This document shows, in pieces, positions 13,719-27,424 of a DNA stretch of 64,000 nucleotides (positions within the stretch are counted from its first letter, which is position 1; every line of letters starts with the position of its first letter). The DNA is from Selaginella moellendorffii (lineage: Eukaryota; Plantae; Lycopodiophyta). A program made the position numbers and the translations under genes. The stretch is from positions 1,495,544-1,559,543 of the forward strand of contig NW_003314269.1 of the NCBI RefSeq assembly GCF_000143415.4, in the 5' to 3' direction. The notes below the pieces were generated by a model. The model was given only the letters and a program-made list of their open reading frames with translations, did not search any database and had not been told where the DNA came from.

Positions 13719-14229
13719 GTGGGCATCCCAAAGAAAAATCAGGTAGCATGTAACATTGATGGGTTAGATATCACTTGGCATCAAGATTTCCATGACTTCT
13801 GGCCACGACCGACATCCAAGCTACTGGCACCGGACTACCTCCACTGCGCTGGAGCTCAAGAGCTTTACAGGCTCCTCACCCAGGAGCTCTACTGCATCCA
13901 GGAGAGAAGAGATTGCGACGATCATGACAAGAGGAACGCCCAGCTTTTGGTGGTGATTGATGAGGCGACTCGAGGACTTGTGCCACTCGACTAGATGTGC
14001 TGGAGACAAGATCTGGTATGGAGTCCAGATTAAGGAAGGTGGAAGCTTGTGCACGCTGTTCAAGTATATGTTTGATGGGACGAGAGCGTGCATGATCCGG
14101 GAGATGTCCAAGGAAATCCATGCCCAAAACTGCATGAAGAAGACAAACAACACAATCCAAGAGATCCTGTCCCATATCACGGGGAATGGTTACTTCTCTC
14201 CAATCCGTGTGGAAAGCATCCACCATTGA
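13719..14229 (+). pseudogene. Degenerate fragment with Walker-B-like motif
   Basis: Coding-like stretch with LLVVIDEA, broken by a frameshift; no complete gene structure. Confidence 0.25.
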
Positions 14230-14318
14230 TCTAAAACAGTGTATTTAATGACTATCAAAATGGAGAACAAAAAATAGTGTGTTATTTCTAGCCTCTCTCT
14301 CTCGATCGATTGACATTG

Positions 14319-14878
<560 letters not shown>

Positions 14879-15033
14879 CTGCAAAAGAAGAAAAGAGAAA
14901 AGCAAAGGATGTCACATAAGCTAACTCTGATAAAACGAGAAAATGTTTCAGTACCGCTTCGTAAGTCAGTGTACCGGACCGAGAAACAATGCCAATGCGA
15001 CCCGCATATTATTGGAATTTTTTCATACATTAT

Positions 15034-16011
15034 TGGCTTCATCTGGAAGCACTTGCTGGATTTGGCGCCTTCCAAGCCGATCGAGCCGTTCGAGGTAAGA
15101 TTGTCGAATTCTCCTCTCTTGTGAATGGCCAAGCTTGGAAGGTCTCCAAAAGAGATCGTGAAGCTAACGAGAACCTCTACGGGCCTCCACCAGAAGTATG
15201 TAGATTAAGAGCTCTAGAATTTTTTCCCTCTTCTTCTTTTTCTAGTCCTCGTTTGTTTGATCCTTGGGAGGAATGGACTTTCCAAACATTTAGATCCAGA
15301 GAGCAGGCGACTTCGAGCAGCTCTTTCAGAAGCCTCGGGACCGCCTATGGATTACATTCTTGCTGGCTGCGGTGCCGATGAGCTCATCGATTTGATCAAG
15401 TGGTAAGTGACCGACTCCTAGCGTGTTTTTTCTTTTTCTTCTTTTGCTCTTCACGAGATGGTTCTTCATCTCTTTAGTTGTACATTGGAAGGTGGTGACA
15501 AGATTGTGGATTGTCCTCCCACTTTGACAATGTATGCGTTTGATGCCGCTGTAAGCGTCATCTTGTTTGTGATTCAATTTTCTTTGGTCTGTTCTTTACT
15601 AAAGCTTCTATAGTTCCGAGGTTTCATGACTTCCGCATCTATGTTCCTGGTATCGTGCAGGCAGTGAAGGAGCACTCTCCAAAGATGATCTTTTTGACAT
15701 CGCCAAACAATCCAACTTCAAGGTAAGTAAGAAAATCTTGTATGTCAAGTATATGTTTTTGCTCCTGTTTTTTCAGTTTAATAATCGATGAGGATCTCAT
15801 GGCCGTTCTTGCTTTACCACTTCTTGTCGTTCTGGATGAAGCATATATTGAATTTGCAGACCAACCTTCCCGGATGAAAGGTTCAGGACTACGACAACCT
15901 CATCATTCTTCGGACTTTTATTAGCAAGGGTGCGGGTCGGAAATAAAATCTTCCAACAACATGTTTGTGGTTGGCTGGATCGCGCGTTGCAAATGGTGCC
16001 TTTCCATTAAA
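15034..16011 (+). pseudogene. Partial duplicate of HISN6 with introns, deletions and frameshifts
   Basis: Near-identical to ~6944-8000 including intron sequence, with many small deletions; lacks start and 3' exons. Confidence 0.92.
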
Positions 16012-18329
16012 TGCAATGTGCCCAGTCAGTGGAGACACCAAAGGGCTGGAAGAGGTGGCCATGTTTAATGCCAAGATGGCAACGGCTTCAGCTCCTTCAG
16101 GGGATCACTTTTTCGTGGCATCCAGCAATGGAACTCACGCGGACAAGCTGAGGAAGAGCGGCTGTCCAGTGCTACATCTCCAGTATGGTACCGAGGGGAT
16201 TTGAGCCACTGCGGCCGGGGCTGCTTGTCAGGGCAGCAGCAGCGCAGCAGGCTCGAGGGAGCTGGTGAGTGCGAGTCTGCTGGCTGCGAAGCTCAAGCAG
16301 AGGAGCGGTGTGGGCGGCGGCAATGGCGAGAGTGGCAGCAGCGTCTCGAGCATCGTGCAAGAGATTCTAGCGAGGGAGATTAGCTCTTCAAGCTCTGGAA
16401 CAAGCGCAGCATTCTTACGATATATTTCATAATTCTTCCAACTTCGGGTTTGCTCGCGGCTAATCCTGGCCATCTGGATTGGAGAATTCCTTGGATCGCA
16501 GCTGAATGCCAGCAGAAAGAAGGTCCTGCCACCTTCAGCTCTTCTCGCTAGTGCTCACCATATGGGGAAACAAGGTCGCAGTGGATCCACTCTTTCGAGC
16601 TACCGATCCAGACCTGCAGCAAGGATCCTTGATCTTTCGCACGTTTGTGCAAGTTCACGAGGTCCTTGGCCTTTCTCAGGTCTTTTTGATCCGGAGGATC
16701 CATTCTCGACAACTATATGGCTGCAAATCATATCATATGGTATGGAGCAGTCTCATAGGAGGAAGATCCCTTGTTCAAAAGAAGATACCAAGTAAGAAGA
16801 AACAGAGGTCCGCCCCCAGCGCGTTGAGCAGCAGCACCTCCAGTGATGATTCGAAGAACAAAGTACGCACAACCGCTCCGCGGAAAGTTCCCTCTGCCAG
16901 TAAACAATTGCAACGTCAAGCTTCTAGGGAAGGGAAAAGAGGACTACCTTTGACCTCTAGTCACGTGCGCCCGCATTTTAGCCTTTTTTGAGGATCATTT
17001 CTACAAAAAATAAAAAGATAAAAACCGATCTTTCCTTCTTTTTAACTTACCAAAATTCTGTTAACACCAACATTGGAGCTCGTTCTAAGCGGCAGATAAC
17101 CTGATAAATAATTCTCACTCTTTTTGTTCAAGCTTTTTCTTAGCATCGAGCCCTAGCCAATACAGCAAGACGTTATACATATGGCTAGCACGGTAACGCC
17201 AGCGACTTTGTGAGTACCTCACTGCCACCATAAACTTTCACGATGAGTTACTTGTCATCCTTGAACCTGCATGTCCCACCAACAGTAGATAGGATGATTT
17301 GATGGGTCCTGAAATAACTGTTATTATCATATGCTTGACTTTGCCAAACAGGGCAATGGTTTTGCTATCTGTCTTTCTGGTTATTGCATAAAATTCCTTT
17401 CATTTCCTGTTTGAATCCTGGCGAAACCAGAAGTGATATCAAAATGGAATTCCTAGGGCCAGAAAGATAATAATTTTTTAAAGAAAATCACATAGAAATT
17501 AGGCGGCGCAGAATGTGCAGAAGGAAACACGAAACAAAACAATCTCGGGGCTACGATTTTCTAATTGCGGTTGCGTAGCCTGAGCAGGTATCCTTTCATC
17601 CTTTCTCCGGGCTTGGGTCAGGGAAAACCAAGGGATATAGTTTCAAGGTTAGAAGATCCACCTCTTCACTTATTTTGACAACTAAGCATTGTCTATGTGT
17701 CTCTAAAAGTGAAATGGTGATGTAGCTGCCTTTGGAAATCTCTTCTGTGAACGTCATAATGATGCCACCTTCGTCCACGTCCATACGATAAAAGTGGAGC
17801 GCAGCCAGCCCAGAAGACTTGTGGCATCAAGCGTCTCCCTGAGGGAATTTCGAAACTCACAAGCAGCCAGAATATTTTATATCAGGAAAGGGAGATACTA
17901 CAGTTAACAGATGATCAACCTGTATTAAGGTGGTGTTCTTTGGGATGAGCTGCACCAAGTGCACCATTCCACGGAAAGAAGCATGTATTGATAGCATTGA
18001 TAGCTGAAGTATTCAATGAAGTACCAAAGTCACAAATATCAACAAAGCTAGCTCTCTCAACAAGAAATGGTTAGTTTAATGTTTATGGTTCTTGGTGGCA
18101 TTTCTACATGATCCAGGATTGAATAATTAGAATAAAACGAAATACATTCTGTTGATGATACTATTCCAAGGTTCTATTTTTGTCCTTTTGGCACGCAATA
18201 GCGAAACTTTGCAAGGGTCCAGAGCGACCAATGAACAAGGATGATAATGACAAAGGCAAGAGAATTTTATTTAGAAAAATCATATCAACAAAAACACGTT
18301 CCAAGGTGGAAATTTCTTCTATTCTATCA

Positions 18330-19673
18330 TCTAACGTCTACCCAGATTTTTGAAAGGGAATGGACACTCAACCTTTCAAACGGTTTGCCTGGATCCAACG
18401 CTGAAGTGTCCACCGGAGCACATTCCACAAGATCAAGCCACGACTTCCAGGCCCCAAACAGGCGCGGGTGCCCATCTCGGTCCTCGCTTCCGCCTCACGG
18501 CCTGCCTCTGCCTCCCATGTTGGATCGCACTGCCTGCTGCACGCGCAAAGGATCCACCACCGTCACCTTATCATCAGCCATAGAGCTTACCTTGATGTCA
18601 AGGGTCAAGAAACACTCCGTGGTAGCCACCCCGCTGAAAGGCGGAGATTCCCTTGCAAGATCAGCAATCGCAGAATCGGACTGCCTGCACTTGACCCGGT
18701 TGTGCACCCTCACGACTCCCTTGTCATCCGTGATGAAATGCTCGTCTCCGCAGTTGCAAGCCTCGGCCACAACCGCACTGTGCCTTTCCGCAGCCCCTCA
18801 ACGTCCTGCTGCGTCATGAGCTCCTTAGCTCTTCTTGTGGATCCTGTGGAATGCATTGAAGCAGAGCTTGGAGTTTGCGAGCTGCCTGACCCCGTCAGTC
18901 ACCTTCTCCAGGCCGACGAGCTTCAGCAACGACGTCCCCAGAAGCTCGGAGTATGATAATCCGCGCTATAAGCTCACCGTTGCATTCTTCATGGCCTTTT
19001 CAAGTGGGATATACAGCTCCCTGCTGCGTCCTTCATCATCCCACTTGCGCATGATACGTGCCGTCGCCAGTGAAACTATTGGCTCCATAGGCCAATCTGC
19101 TCCCATCCACCTTGAAAAGCGTCATAAGGCAAGCGTAGAAACCACGGAACAACGTGGATCAAAGCTGAGAACACACCGGGATCCCAGCACTGCAAGTGCC
19201 ATCGTCTCCGACAGCTCAGCCTGACCGCTTACGTGCTTGCCATAAGCACCGGCTCCTCCAAACAGCTTGTCGCGGCAAATACAGGTTGTGGTCGAGCAGT
19301 ATCCTGGCCTCGTCAAACGCAAAGAGCACCCGGACGCTTATTCTTCCTCAGCCTGGAGCTCACCAGCGTCCACCGGAGCCACTCTCTCAACAGCACGGCT
19401 CTCCCAGTCTTTCCAGCACTTGCCTATCGTCCGGCCCTTGGCATCGAGCAAGCCTGCACGTCCGCAGCAACAGCTCAATCCTTTCACGGATTCCCAGAAT
19501 GCTTGCCTGCCTGACAAACTCCGGGATCGTACCCTATGTCAGTGTCCTGATCACAGCATCCCGCGGTGTGATGCTCGAGTCGGCCCCCACGACGCTGAGA
19601 AACTCCGCCAGGCAATAGATCACCCACATCCCTCCTTGACCCCACCCGCATCTCCACGCGCGCAAATGTACCA
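18330..19673 (-). pseudogene. Decayed Crinkler-type (CR) NTPase + restriction-endonuclease-fold gene
   Basis: Intronless minus-strand translation with stops: VLFAFDEARIL (Walker B), LAVLGSRC, WPMEPIVSLATARIM, LCFNAF, RHSAVVAEACNCGDEHFI...VHNRVKCR. Confidence 0.45.
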
Positions 19674-19880
19674 TCGCCCTCCGCGCGATTAAGCAGATCG
19701 TGCCCACCAGATCAGGCGGCCCAAGAGCCCTAAATCCACTAGGGTTTTAAAAAGGCGGGAAAGTGATTCTACCTTTGAAATTATCGTCAGGCACTGCCAC
19801 GTAAGAAATGCCACATCTACATTGATAGTCCACGTCAGCGGAGCTTTAGGGTTTATAGTCCCCATTTTCTCAGCTAGCGA

Positions 19881-22800
19881 ATGTCTTGGGGGCTGGGCTG
19901 GAAGCGCCCGGTCGATTCATTCCACCTCACGCTCGGCTATGGCGAGCAATCCACTAATCTCCGCAGCAGGCAGGACAAGGCTGAGGAATCTGAGAGAGAG
20001 AGCCAGAAGGCGCAGGAGGATCAGGAGGAGGAAGGGAAGAAGCGCAAGCAGCTCGCGCATCTTGTTCTTCCCGATGCGGCAGATCTAGCATCGGAATGTA
20101 GATTTCGCTTCCAATTCGACTGGTCGGCCGCCGACGACGACGATCAGACCGCTCTCAAGCTCCAATCCCAGCTCATGGTGGCGTTACCGACGCCCCGGGA
20201 CGAGGTATGCGTGAGGCTTTTCTTGGATTTGGAGGATCCGGACGCCGTGAGGGTGAGAGTGAGCATGGGAGTGAGGGAGAAGCGTGAGCATCTCAAGGTC
20301 TTATCGCTGTCGCGAAGCATCGGGTCGGGAGGCCCTCCGGTGGAAAATCTTGGAGTTCTATCCAAGCTTTTGGGGCCAGCCAATTTCGCCGATAGCGCAC
20401 TTGCGAATTCGCAGCAGTGGCACGCGCTCCAGACTTTAAATCTTGCCAATTGCTCGCTCACGGTATGGTCTTTATCTTTGACGTCTCTATTCATACAAAC
20501 GACAATGCAGGTGCTTCCTTTGGAATTGACCAAGCTGCCAATGCTACGAAAGCTCCTGCTTGACAATAACAAAATCAGCGCTCTTCCAGCGGCGATCGGG
20601 CAGCTCTCGCATTTGCAAGTTCTACGTGTGGATCATAACATGCTTGTTTCGTTGCCTGGTGAGTAGTTTCTTCTTGTCTTTTCCTTTTGAAGGTACTATA
20701 TATCATATGATTGTTCTTTCAGCTGAGCTCAAGCAATGCGCGGCATTAGAAGAATTGTCTCTGGAGCATAACAAGTTGCTGCGCCTTCTTCTTGACTTCA
20801 GGTCTTGGTAGATGCATCTCCTCTTGCAAGGAGGCTGAAGTGGTCGCTGTTTGATTACCAGAGCAATGACCAAGTTGAGGCTGCTACAACTTTTTGGCAA
20901 TCCCTTGGAATTCTTGCCTGAGATCCTACCGTGCGAAGCCTTGCGCATTCTTTCGCTTGCAAATGTTCACATAAAAGCAGACGAAGATCTATCCAACATA
21001 GCCATAGACATTGAGGTATGCTTCTGTTCGTGTGTATTGATTTTGTTTACCTTCTTCTTGCAGACCGAGAATGCGTCGTATTTTGTTCAATCAAAGCACA
21101 AACTCAGCGCCTTTTTTGCTCTAGTATTTCGGTTCTCGTCCTGTCAACATCCTCTTTTGGCATCAGCGCTTGCGAAGATTGCTCAAGACCCTGGCAACCG
21201 TGCAGAAATGGGAAAGGACGAAAGTGCTGTTCGCCAACTCTTAAGCATGATACTAAGTGACAATCGCCACGTGGTACGTACGAGCTCAACTTTTGCTCCT
21301 GTTTCCAATAGCCTTGAAATTCTCAGGTTGAGCAAGCGTGCGTGGCACTCTCGTCTTTGGCAACAGAAAACCCCATAGCACTACGACTAATAAAGGCTGA
21401 TACTGTCGAGTCCATTGAAACTGTTTTGAAGTTCACGGCTCCCGAGCTTCTTACTTCGGTTCTGAAAGTTATTGTCAACCTTGCTTTCTCGTCTGATGTC
21501 ATTGCGTCGAAGATGCTTACTAAGGACATTTTGAGGCGTCTAAAACAGCTATGTGCTCATGAGAACATAGAGGTTGGTCTTTCCGTTTTTGAGATTACAA
21601 CTAAGCTCGGTGTACAGGTACAACGTCAAGCCTTGTTAGCTGTAGGAAATCTTGCATTCTGTCGAGAGAACAGACAGTTACTGGTAACTTCAGAAAGCTT
21701 ACGAGATTTGCTTTTCCGTCTATCTGGTGCCACAGATTCACGTATATCCAAGTCCGCTGCACGGGCCTTAGCTATACTAGGTAACGAGTGCTCTCTCCAG
21801 TCGCCTTTTCAAGTCGTATATTTCTATTTCAGGTGAGAATGAGTATCTCAGACGAGCAACAAAAGCCCGTTCTGTTTCGAAGCAAGGCTTGAGAATATTG
21901 GCCATGGACGGGGGTGGAATGAGGGGTCTTGCAACCGTGCAGATGCTTAGGAAAATTGAGCAAGGAACTGGAAAACGGATTCATGAGATGTTTGATCTTA
22001 TATGTGGCACATCGACGGGTGGAATGCTTGCCATTGCTCTTGCAATCAAACAGTTTAGCCTTGACAAATGCGAAGAGATATACAAGACGCTGGGTGTGTA
22101 CTTCAAATTCTTTGTAAGCTGCTTTTCTGATCCTCATACATTTCAGGAAAAGTAGTGTTTGCCGAGCCGATTCCAAAGGACAATGAAGCAGCCACTTGGA
22201 GAGAGAAACTAGATCAACTCTATAAAAGCTCGTCACAGAATTTTCGTGTTGTGGTGCATGGCTCTAAGGTGAGGCGCTTAATCTCTTTTACTTTTCTTTT
22301 ATTGATGGCAGTCTTTTTCTCTGCAGCATCATGCAGACCAGTTTGAACGCCTCCTAAGGGAGCTTTGCGCGGATGAAGAGGGCGACCTTTTGATAGAATC
22401 TGCAGTTAAAGGGGTTCCAAAGGTATTTGTGGTATCGTCGCTAGTCAGTGTCATACCAGCCCAACCATTCGTGTTCAGAAATTACCAGGTACGTAACACT
22501 TTCTGTGAGTTTAACACGGTTCGCTGAACTTTTAGAATAGTACCCAGCGGGAACTATCGAGACAGCTCCATGGACTAAGGAAGGACCAGCTGTATCAGTT
22601 TCAGGAACACCTGCAACTGCCGCTCCTTTAACAACTCAAGTAGGTCCGAAAAGATGTGCATTTTTGGGATCGTCTAAGCACCGTATATGGGAGGCTATAA
22701 GGGCATCATCTGCTGCTCCTTACTACCTGGATGATTTCTCTATAGGTACATATCGAAAATGCAGCAGTAGCCATATGTTTTTTCTTTTTCTTTTTTTTGG

Positions 22801-24775
22801 CAGATACAAATCGATGGCAGGACGGAGCTATCGTTGCAAATAACCCAGCTTTGATTGCAATTCGAGAGGCACAGCTTCTTTGGCCAGACACTTCTATTGC
22901 ATGCTTAGTGTCCGTTGGATGCGGAAATGTTCCAACAAAGGTTCTGTGGTCTTTTTTCCTTTTCGTTTCAATGCACTGAACTGCTAGGATTTCAGGCTCG
23001 TGGAAAAGGAGGCTGGCGATATCTAGATACCGGCCAGGTTTTGATCGAGAGTGCCTGCTCTGTCGAGCGGGTAGAAGAAGCCTTGGACACGCTTCTGCCT
23101 TTGCTTCCCGATCTTCAGTATTATCGTTTTAATCCTAGTTAGTATTTATGAAAAGGCTCTTCTCGTACTCATGCTTGCTTTTCCAGTTGACGAGCGATGC
23201 ATTATGGAACTGGACGAAACTGATCCGGCTGTTTGGCTGAAACTTGAGGCAGCTACTCAAGAGTATATCGATGCGAATATTGCTTCATTTCATGCAGTCT
23301 GTGACCGCCTACTGAAGTTGTCACTAGAAGAAGGAGCCCGACCAGCAGCCAAGGGATGGCCTTCGAAGAGTACGTAATCATTTTCAATGATGCTGAGTGA
23401 TGCAATTTCTTGAATGCAATGCAGAAAATGACAGTCGTCCAGGACTGGGATGGAGACGCCGACTTCTTCTCGTGGAAGCATCCCGTAGTCCCGAGATGGC
23501 GAAGCCTTTCAAGCATACTCGAACTTTGGAAGGCTATTGTGCTCGCAACAGCATCAAGATTGAGGTCGTTAGTAGCTCCGGTGGAACCTTACGCTCGGCA
23601 GCTTCTTCGTTCACGCCCTTGACGTCGCCATTATTTTCAAGCACACCGTTTCCATTCAGTCCTGACATCGCCTCACAGATATTGGGCCGCTCGGAGGTTC
23701 CACCTCTCAGCCTTGATGGTTCAAAACAACTTCACACGCCTCCAGGTTCGCCTCCTTTGGGACCTCGGCAGCTTTATGGTCCAGTGGCAACGTTGCACGA
23801 GAAGATCCGAAGTTCTCCCCAGATTGGAGTAGTGCATTTGGCATTACACAGCGACCAGATCGGTCTAGTCCTGAGGTAAATCTTTCTAGTCACAAAAACT
23901 TGCTTGCTGATCAACTCTGTTTTCCCTTGCAGCTGGAGGACTGACATTTTTGCAGTAGCTGAGCCAGGCGACATGGGCGTGGAATTTCTCCAGAAGGTGA
24001 CAACAAGCATACGCCAGTCCTTTGTAAAGAGCCATGGGAGCAAGAACGTCCAGCTTCCAACGTACACTAAGCTGGAAGACTTGGTGTCAAGACACCCTCG
24101 TTTCGTACTAGATGGAGCGCTACATTGTTTTATGGGTCGGATGCAGGTATTGTAAGCTATTTCCTTAGAGGATCTCTGACACGGGTGAATGGTAGATGCT
24201 AAGCGATGGCCAGGAAGTTGGATCGTACCTCTTTCGTAGAGTACTTCCCGATGCTCATCTCACAGCAGACGACGTCCGGTGGATGGTTTGTTTGTTTAGT
24301 TTTCTACTCGTCCATCTCTTACGCTTGATGAAAAACTGTGTAGGTAGGGGCATGGAGAGACAGAGTGGTGGTGTGCACCGGAAAGTATGCCCCGATCCCA
24401 AGCCTGGTGAAAGCGATACTGGACGCAGGAGCCAAGGCCGTGATCGCTCCCATTGCCGAGCCGCCGGAAGTGAAAGCCGCCGAATGTGGAGGAGAGAAGG
24501 CCGACTTTGAGATTGGCGAGGAGGAGGAGGAGGAGGAGGACGGGGTGGAGTTCGTCCACCACAACGAGGGCGATTGGGAGGACAGTGACATTGACGAGGG
24601 GAGCGAGAACAAAATGGAGAGGCGAGAAGTGGAGGAGCGGGGATTGTCGGCCTTCATCTCGTGCCTCTACGACGAGCTCTTCAAGAACGGCGTTGGAGCG
24701 GAGAGCGCGTTGCAAAGCGCCGTGGATTCGCATCCCAAGCAGGCCTATCGCTGCATTCTCCCGGCAAAGGATTGA
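19881..24775 (+). CDS. pPLAI: Patatin-like phospholipase A I (LRR + ARM + patatin)
   Basis: MSWGLGWKRP N-terminus, LRRs, ARM repeats, DGGGMRG, GTSTG, SSAAPYY, WQDGAIVANNP. Confidence 0.93.
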
Positions 24776-24935
24776 AAAGAGAGAGTCAACGGTCTAAGAT
24801 TTTTTGACTTGTAAGTATATTCTTTTAGTAAGCTCTAATACGAGTCAACGGTCACAAAATATTCTGCCACGCGGGACAACGCAGTCTGATCTGTGTTGCC
24901 GCTGCGTGTCATTTTTGGACCTTTTTCCTTCCAAG

Positions 24936-24954
24936 AAACCCTAGTTAGGGTTTT
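24936..24954. promoter_or_regulatory. Paired telo-boxes upstream of WDL gene
   Basis: AAACCCTAG-TTAGGGTTTT in inverted arrangement; further telo-box-like motifs at ~37, ~19740, ~19847 and ~27355 precede other genes. Confidence 0.5.
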
Positions 24955-25198
24955 AAGGGATGCCATTAAGGGTGCGCATTTAGATCGAGTCCTTAGCCAT
25001 GGGAATATGCCAGACATTTTAATCGCAAGCACCAACATTTTGTGTAGATTCGGTTCGGTCTCTTTCTCTCTTTTCTCTCTTTTCTCTCTCGCCTCCTCTG
25101 TCGTGTTCTTCGATCCCTCCCCAGGGGGAGTTTTTCCATCCGGCATTGATCGAGAGTTCTTTATAGTGGATCTTTCTTGAGGATCACACGGAAATCTC

Positions 25199-27185
25199 AT
25201 GGGAGATGCGACAGGCGCGGTTGCCGATCTAGGTTCCCAGGCGCTGCCGGACAGCTCGGAGCCGCGGCTCGGATCAATCCAGGATGATCCAGATCCTGCT
25301 CCAAAGAACCACGCCGAGGTAAAGCTTCCTCTAGGGTGTAAAGATCCCTGACGATCGGCGCTGGGATCGAAATAAATGTGCCAGGGTAACGGCAATGGAT
25401 ACAAGAAATCACTCTTCCCTGCCGCCGGTGGAGCTGGAGCTGGAGCTGGGGCACCGAAAGGGAAGAGAAATTCTCTCCTCAAAGGCTGCTCGCCTCCGGC
25501 ATCGACTCCTCGCTTGAAGGCTTCTCGATCCAACTTCACTGTGCCGCAGCCCTTTTCTCTCACGACCGAGAAGAGAGCCACCGCCGCCGGATCAAAGCCC
25601 ACTGGCAATGGTGTTCCCACCCCGTCAAAGATTTCCCAGGTAGCCTTGTGCTTTGGGTGTTCTTTCTCACGATCATTTGGCTCAGCTGGTTCCGCAGAAG
25701 AGCACGCCCAAGAAAGGAGACTTTGCTGCTCATCTAGCGAAAACCTTCGCTGCTTCTCCGAGGTAGAGTTCTCTTTCTTTCTTCAGTTTGGTTTTGGATG
25801 TCTAAAGGATTGGAGCTTTTTTATTCTGCAGTCCTGATAGTCTAGGACTCACTCCAAAGTCCAAGGCCGAGTTTGTGTTTAGATCTGATGAGCGTGCTCA
25901 GAAAAGAATGGAGGTATGGTTTTTCGTGGTTTTAAAAGCCTGGTGCCTGGATCGTGACTGTTCGTTATTATTGAGTGATTGGTTCGTGGCTCGCTGTTCC
26001 AGTTTTATGCGAACTTAACGGAGAAAACGAGAGCAAGAGAAGCGGAACGGAACCGAATCCAAGCCAGCACCCAGGTATATAAGCACGAGAGTGCCGTTTC
26101 TTTCCTTTGCGTTTGCTGATGGTGAAAGCTTGGCTCTACAGCAACAAGTGGCAGCGGAAATAAAGAAGCTGCGCAAGGATCAAACCTTTAAAGCCACACC
26201 AATGCCGAAGTTCTATCAGGAGCCACCGCCTGTGAGAATAGACGTGAAAAAGGTCTGCTGCTGCTTTCCTGGCTAGACGGGCATGACTTGCATGTTTCTT
26301 TGTCTATAGACACCTCCGACGCGGCCAAAGTCTCCCAAGCTGGGAAGGAGGGGATCGGGTTCGTCCAGCACTGAAGCTCCACCGAAGATCATTGCCCGGC
26401 GCTCGAGCGACGAATACGACGTGAGTAAAGTTCCAGATCAATTTGTTTCTCCCGAGCTCACGGCCCCGGAGAACTACGCAAATGATGCTGCCGAGGTAGG
26501 ATCGGAGCACAGCTCTCGAAAGTCCGACGGCACTCTCGTTCCAAAAGCGGCTCTCTCGGAAGACGAGGATCATCTTGTTGACGCCACTCTCATTCCCAAA
26601 GCCGCTCTCTCTGAAGGCGAGGATCATCGCGACTCCACTCTCATCCCCAAGGCCGCTCTCTCGGAAGACGGAGATCATCACGACGCTACTCTCATTCCCA
26701 AGGCCGCTCTCTCGGGAGACGAGGATCACCACCACCACCAGGATCATCATGTAGCTCAAGACCAGGAAGTTCACGAGGTGGACGATCACCACCACCACTT
26801 GCTGGAGACGTCGAGGTCGAGCAACGAATCGCCAGTGTCGGCTGTGGAAGACGAACTGGACGCTGCTTTCCAGCTCCCGGTGTCCAGCTCGCTGCTCGAC
26901 GATGGTGACGACGATCTCCAGGAGCTGGGAAGTGAGGATGATGATCCCGACGAGGAGTTTCCAAGCCCGGCGAGCGATCAGAACGATCGCGAGGAGAATG
27001 TGAGGGTGTTTATCAGCGAGGAATTCCGGCAGGCTGCTGCTCACGAGAATGACGATGATGATCGTCCAAACGACGAGGAAGAGGAGGAAGAAGAAGAAGA
27101 CGATGAAGAAGATGGAAGTGGAGCTAAAGTTTATGTCAATATGGATGGAATGAGAGCCGAGAAAGAAAACGAAGGACGCCACTAA
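25199..27185 (+). CDS. WVD2/WDL TPX2-domain microtubule-associated protein with long acidic/His-rich tail
   Basis: [17 protein letters not shown]; [22 protein letters not shown]; [23 protein letters not shown]; [13 protein letters not shown]; last exon reads through in frame into ORF 26421..27185. Confidence 0.82.
26526..26740 (+). repeat. Coding tandem repeat, 4 x 51-54 bp (DxTLI/VPKAALSxxxDH)
   Basis: Four copies visible in DNA and protein. Confidence 0.9.
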
Positions 27186-27263
27186 TGAAAGGAGAAATAA
27201 TCCATGCTTTGTTTTCTCATTCTTTGGAGAACGCCACCATAGGAGAAGAAGAAAAAAGCTCCG

Positions 27264-27288
27264 CTCTCTCTCTCTCTCTCTCTCTCTC
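27264..27288. repeat. (CT)n microsatellite
   Basis: About 12 CT units between the WDL stop and the importin-alpha start. Confidence 0.9.
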
Positions 27289-27424
27289 TTGTTTCTTAAA
27301 TGGACGAAGAAATCGTGGCCCTCCATTTTTTCTAATAAGCCCCATTCCTTAGCCTAGGGTTTGATGCTTTGCGGCTAGGGTGTGCCCGTCTGGTCGTGGC
27401 TCGCTCCGCCGGCGCTCTCGCAGG

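Noticed and set aside
24835-25620. 261-aa minus-strand ORF
   Set aside because: Overlaps WDL exons and promoter in antisense; no recognisable motif
26304-27326. 340-aa hydrophobic minus-strand ORF
   Set aside because: Antisense shadow of the acidic/His repeat tail of the WDL gene
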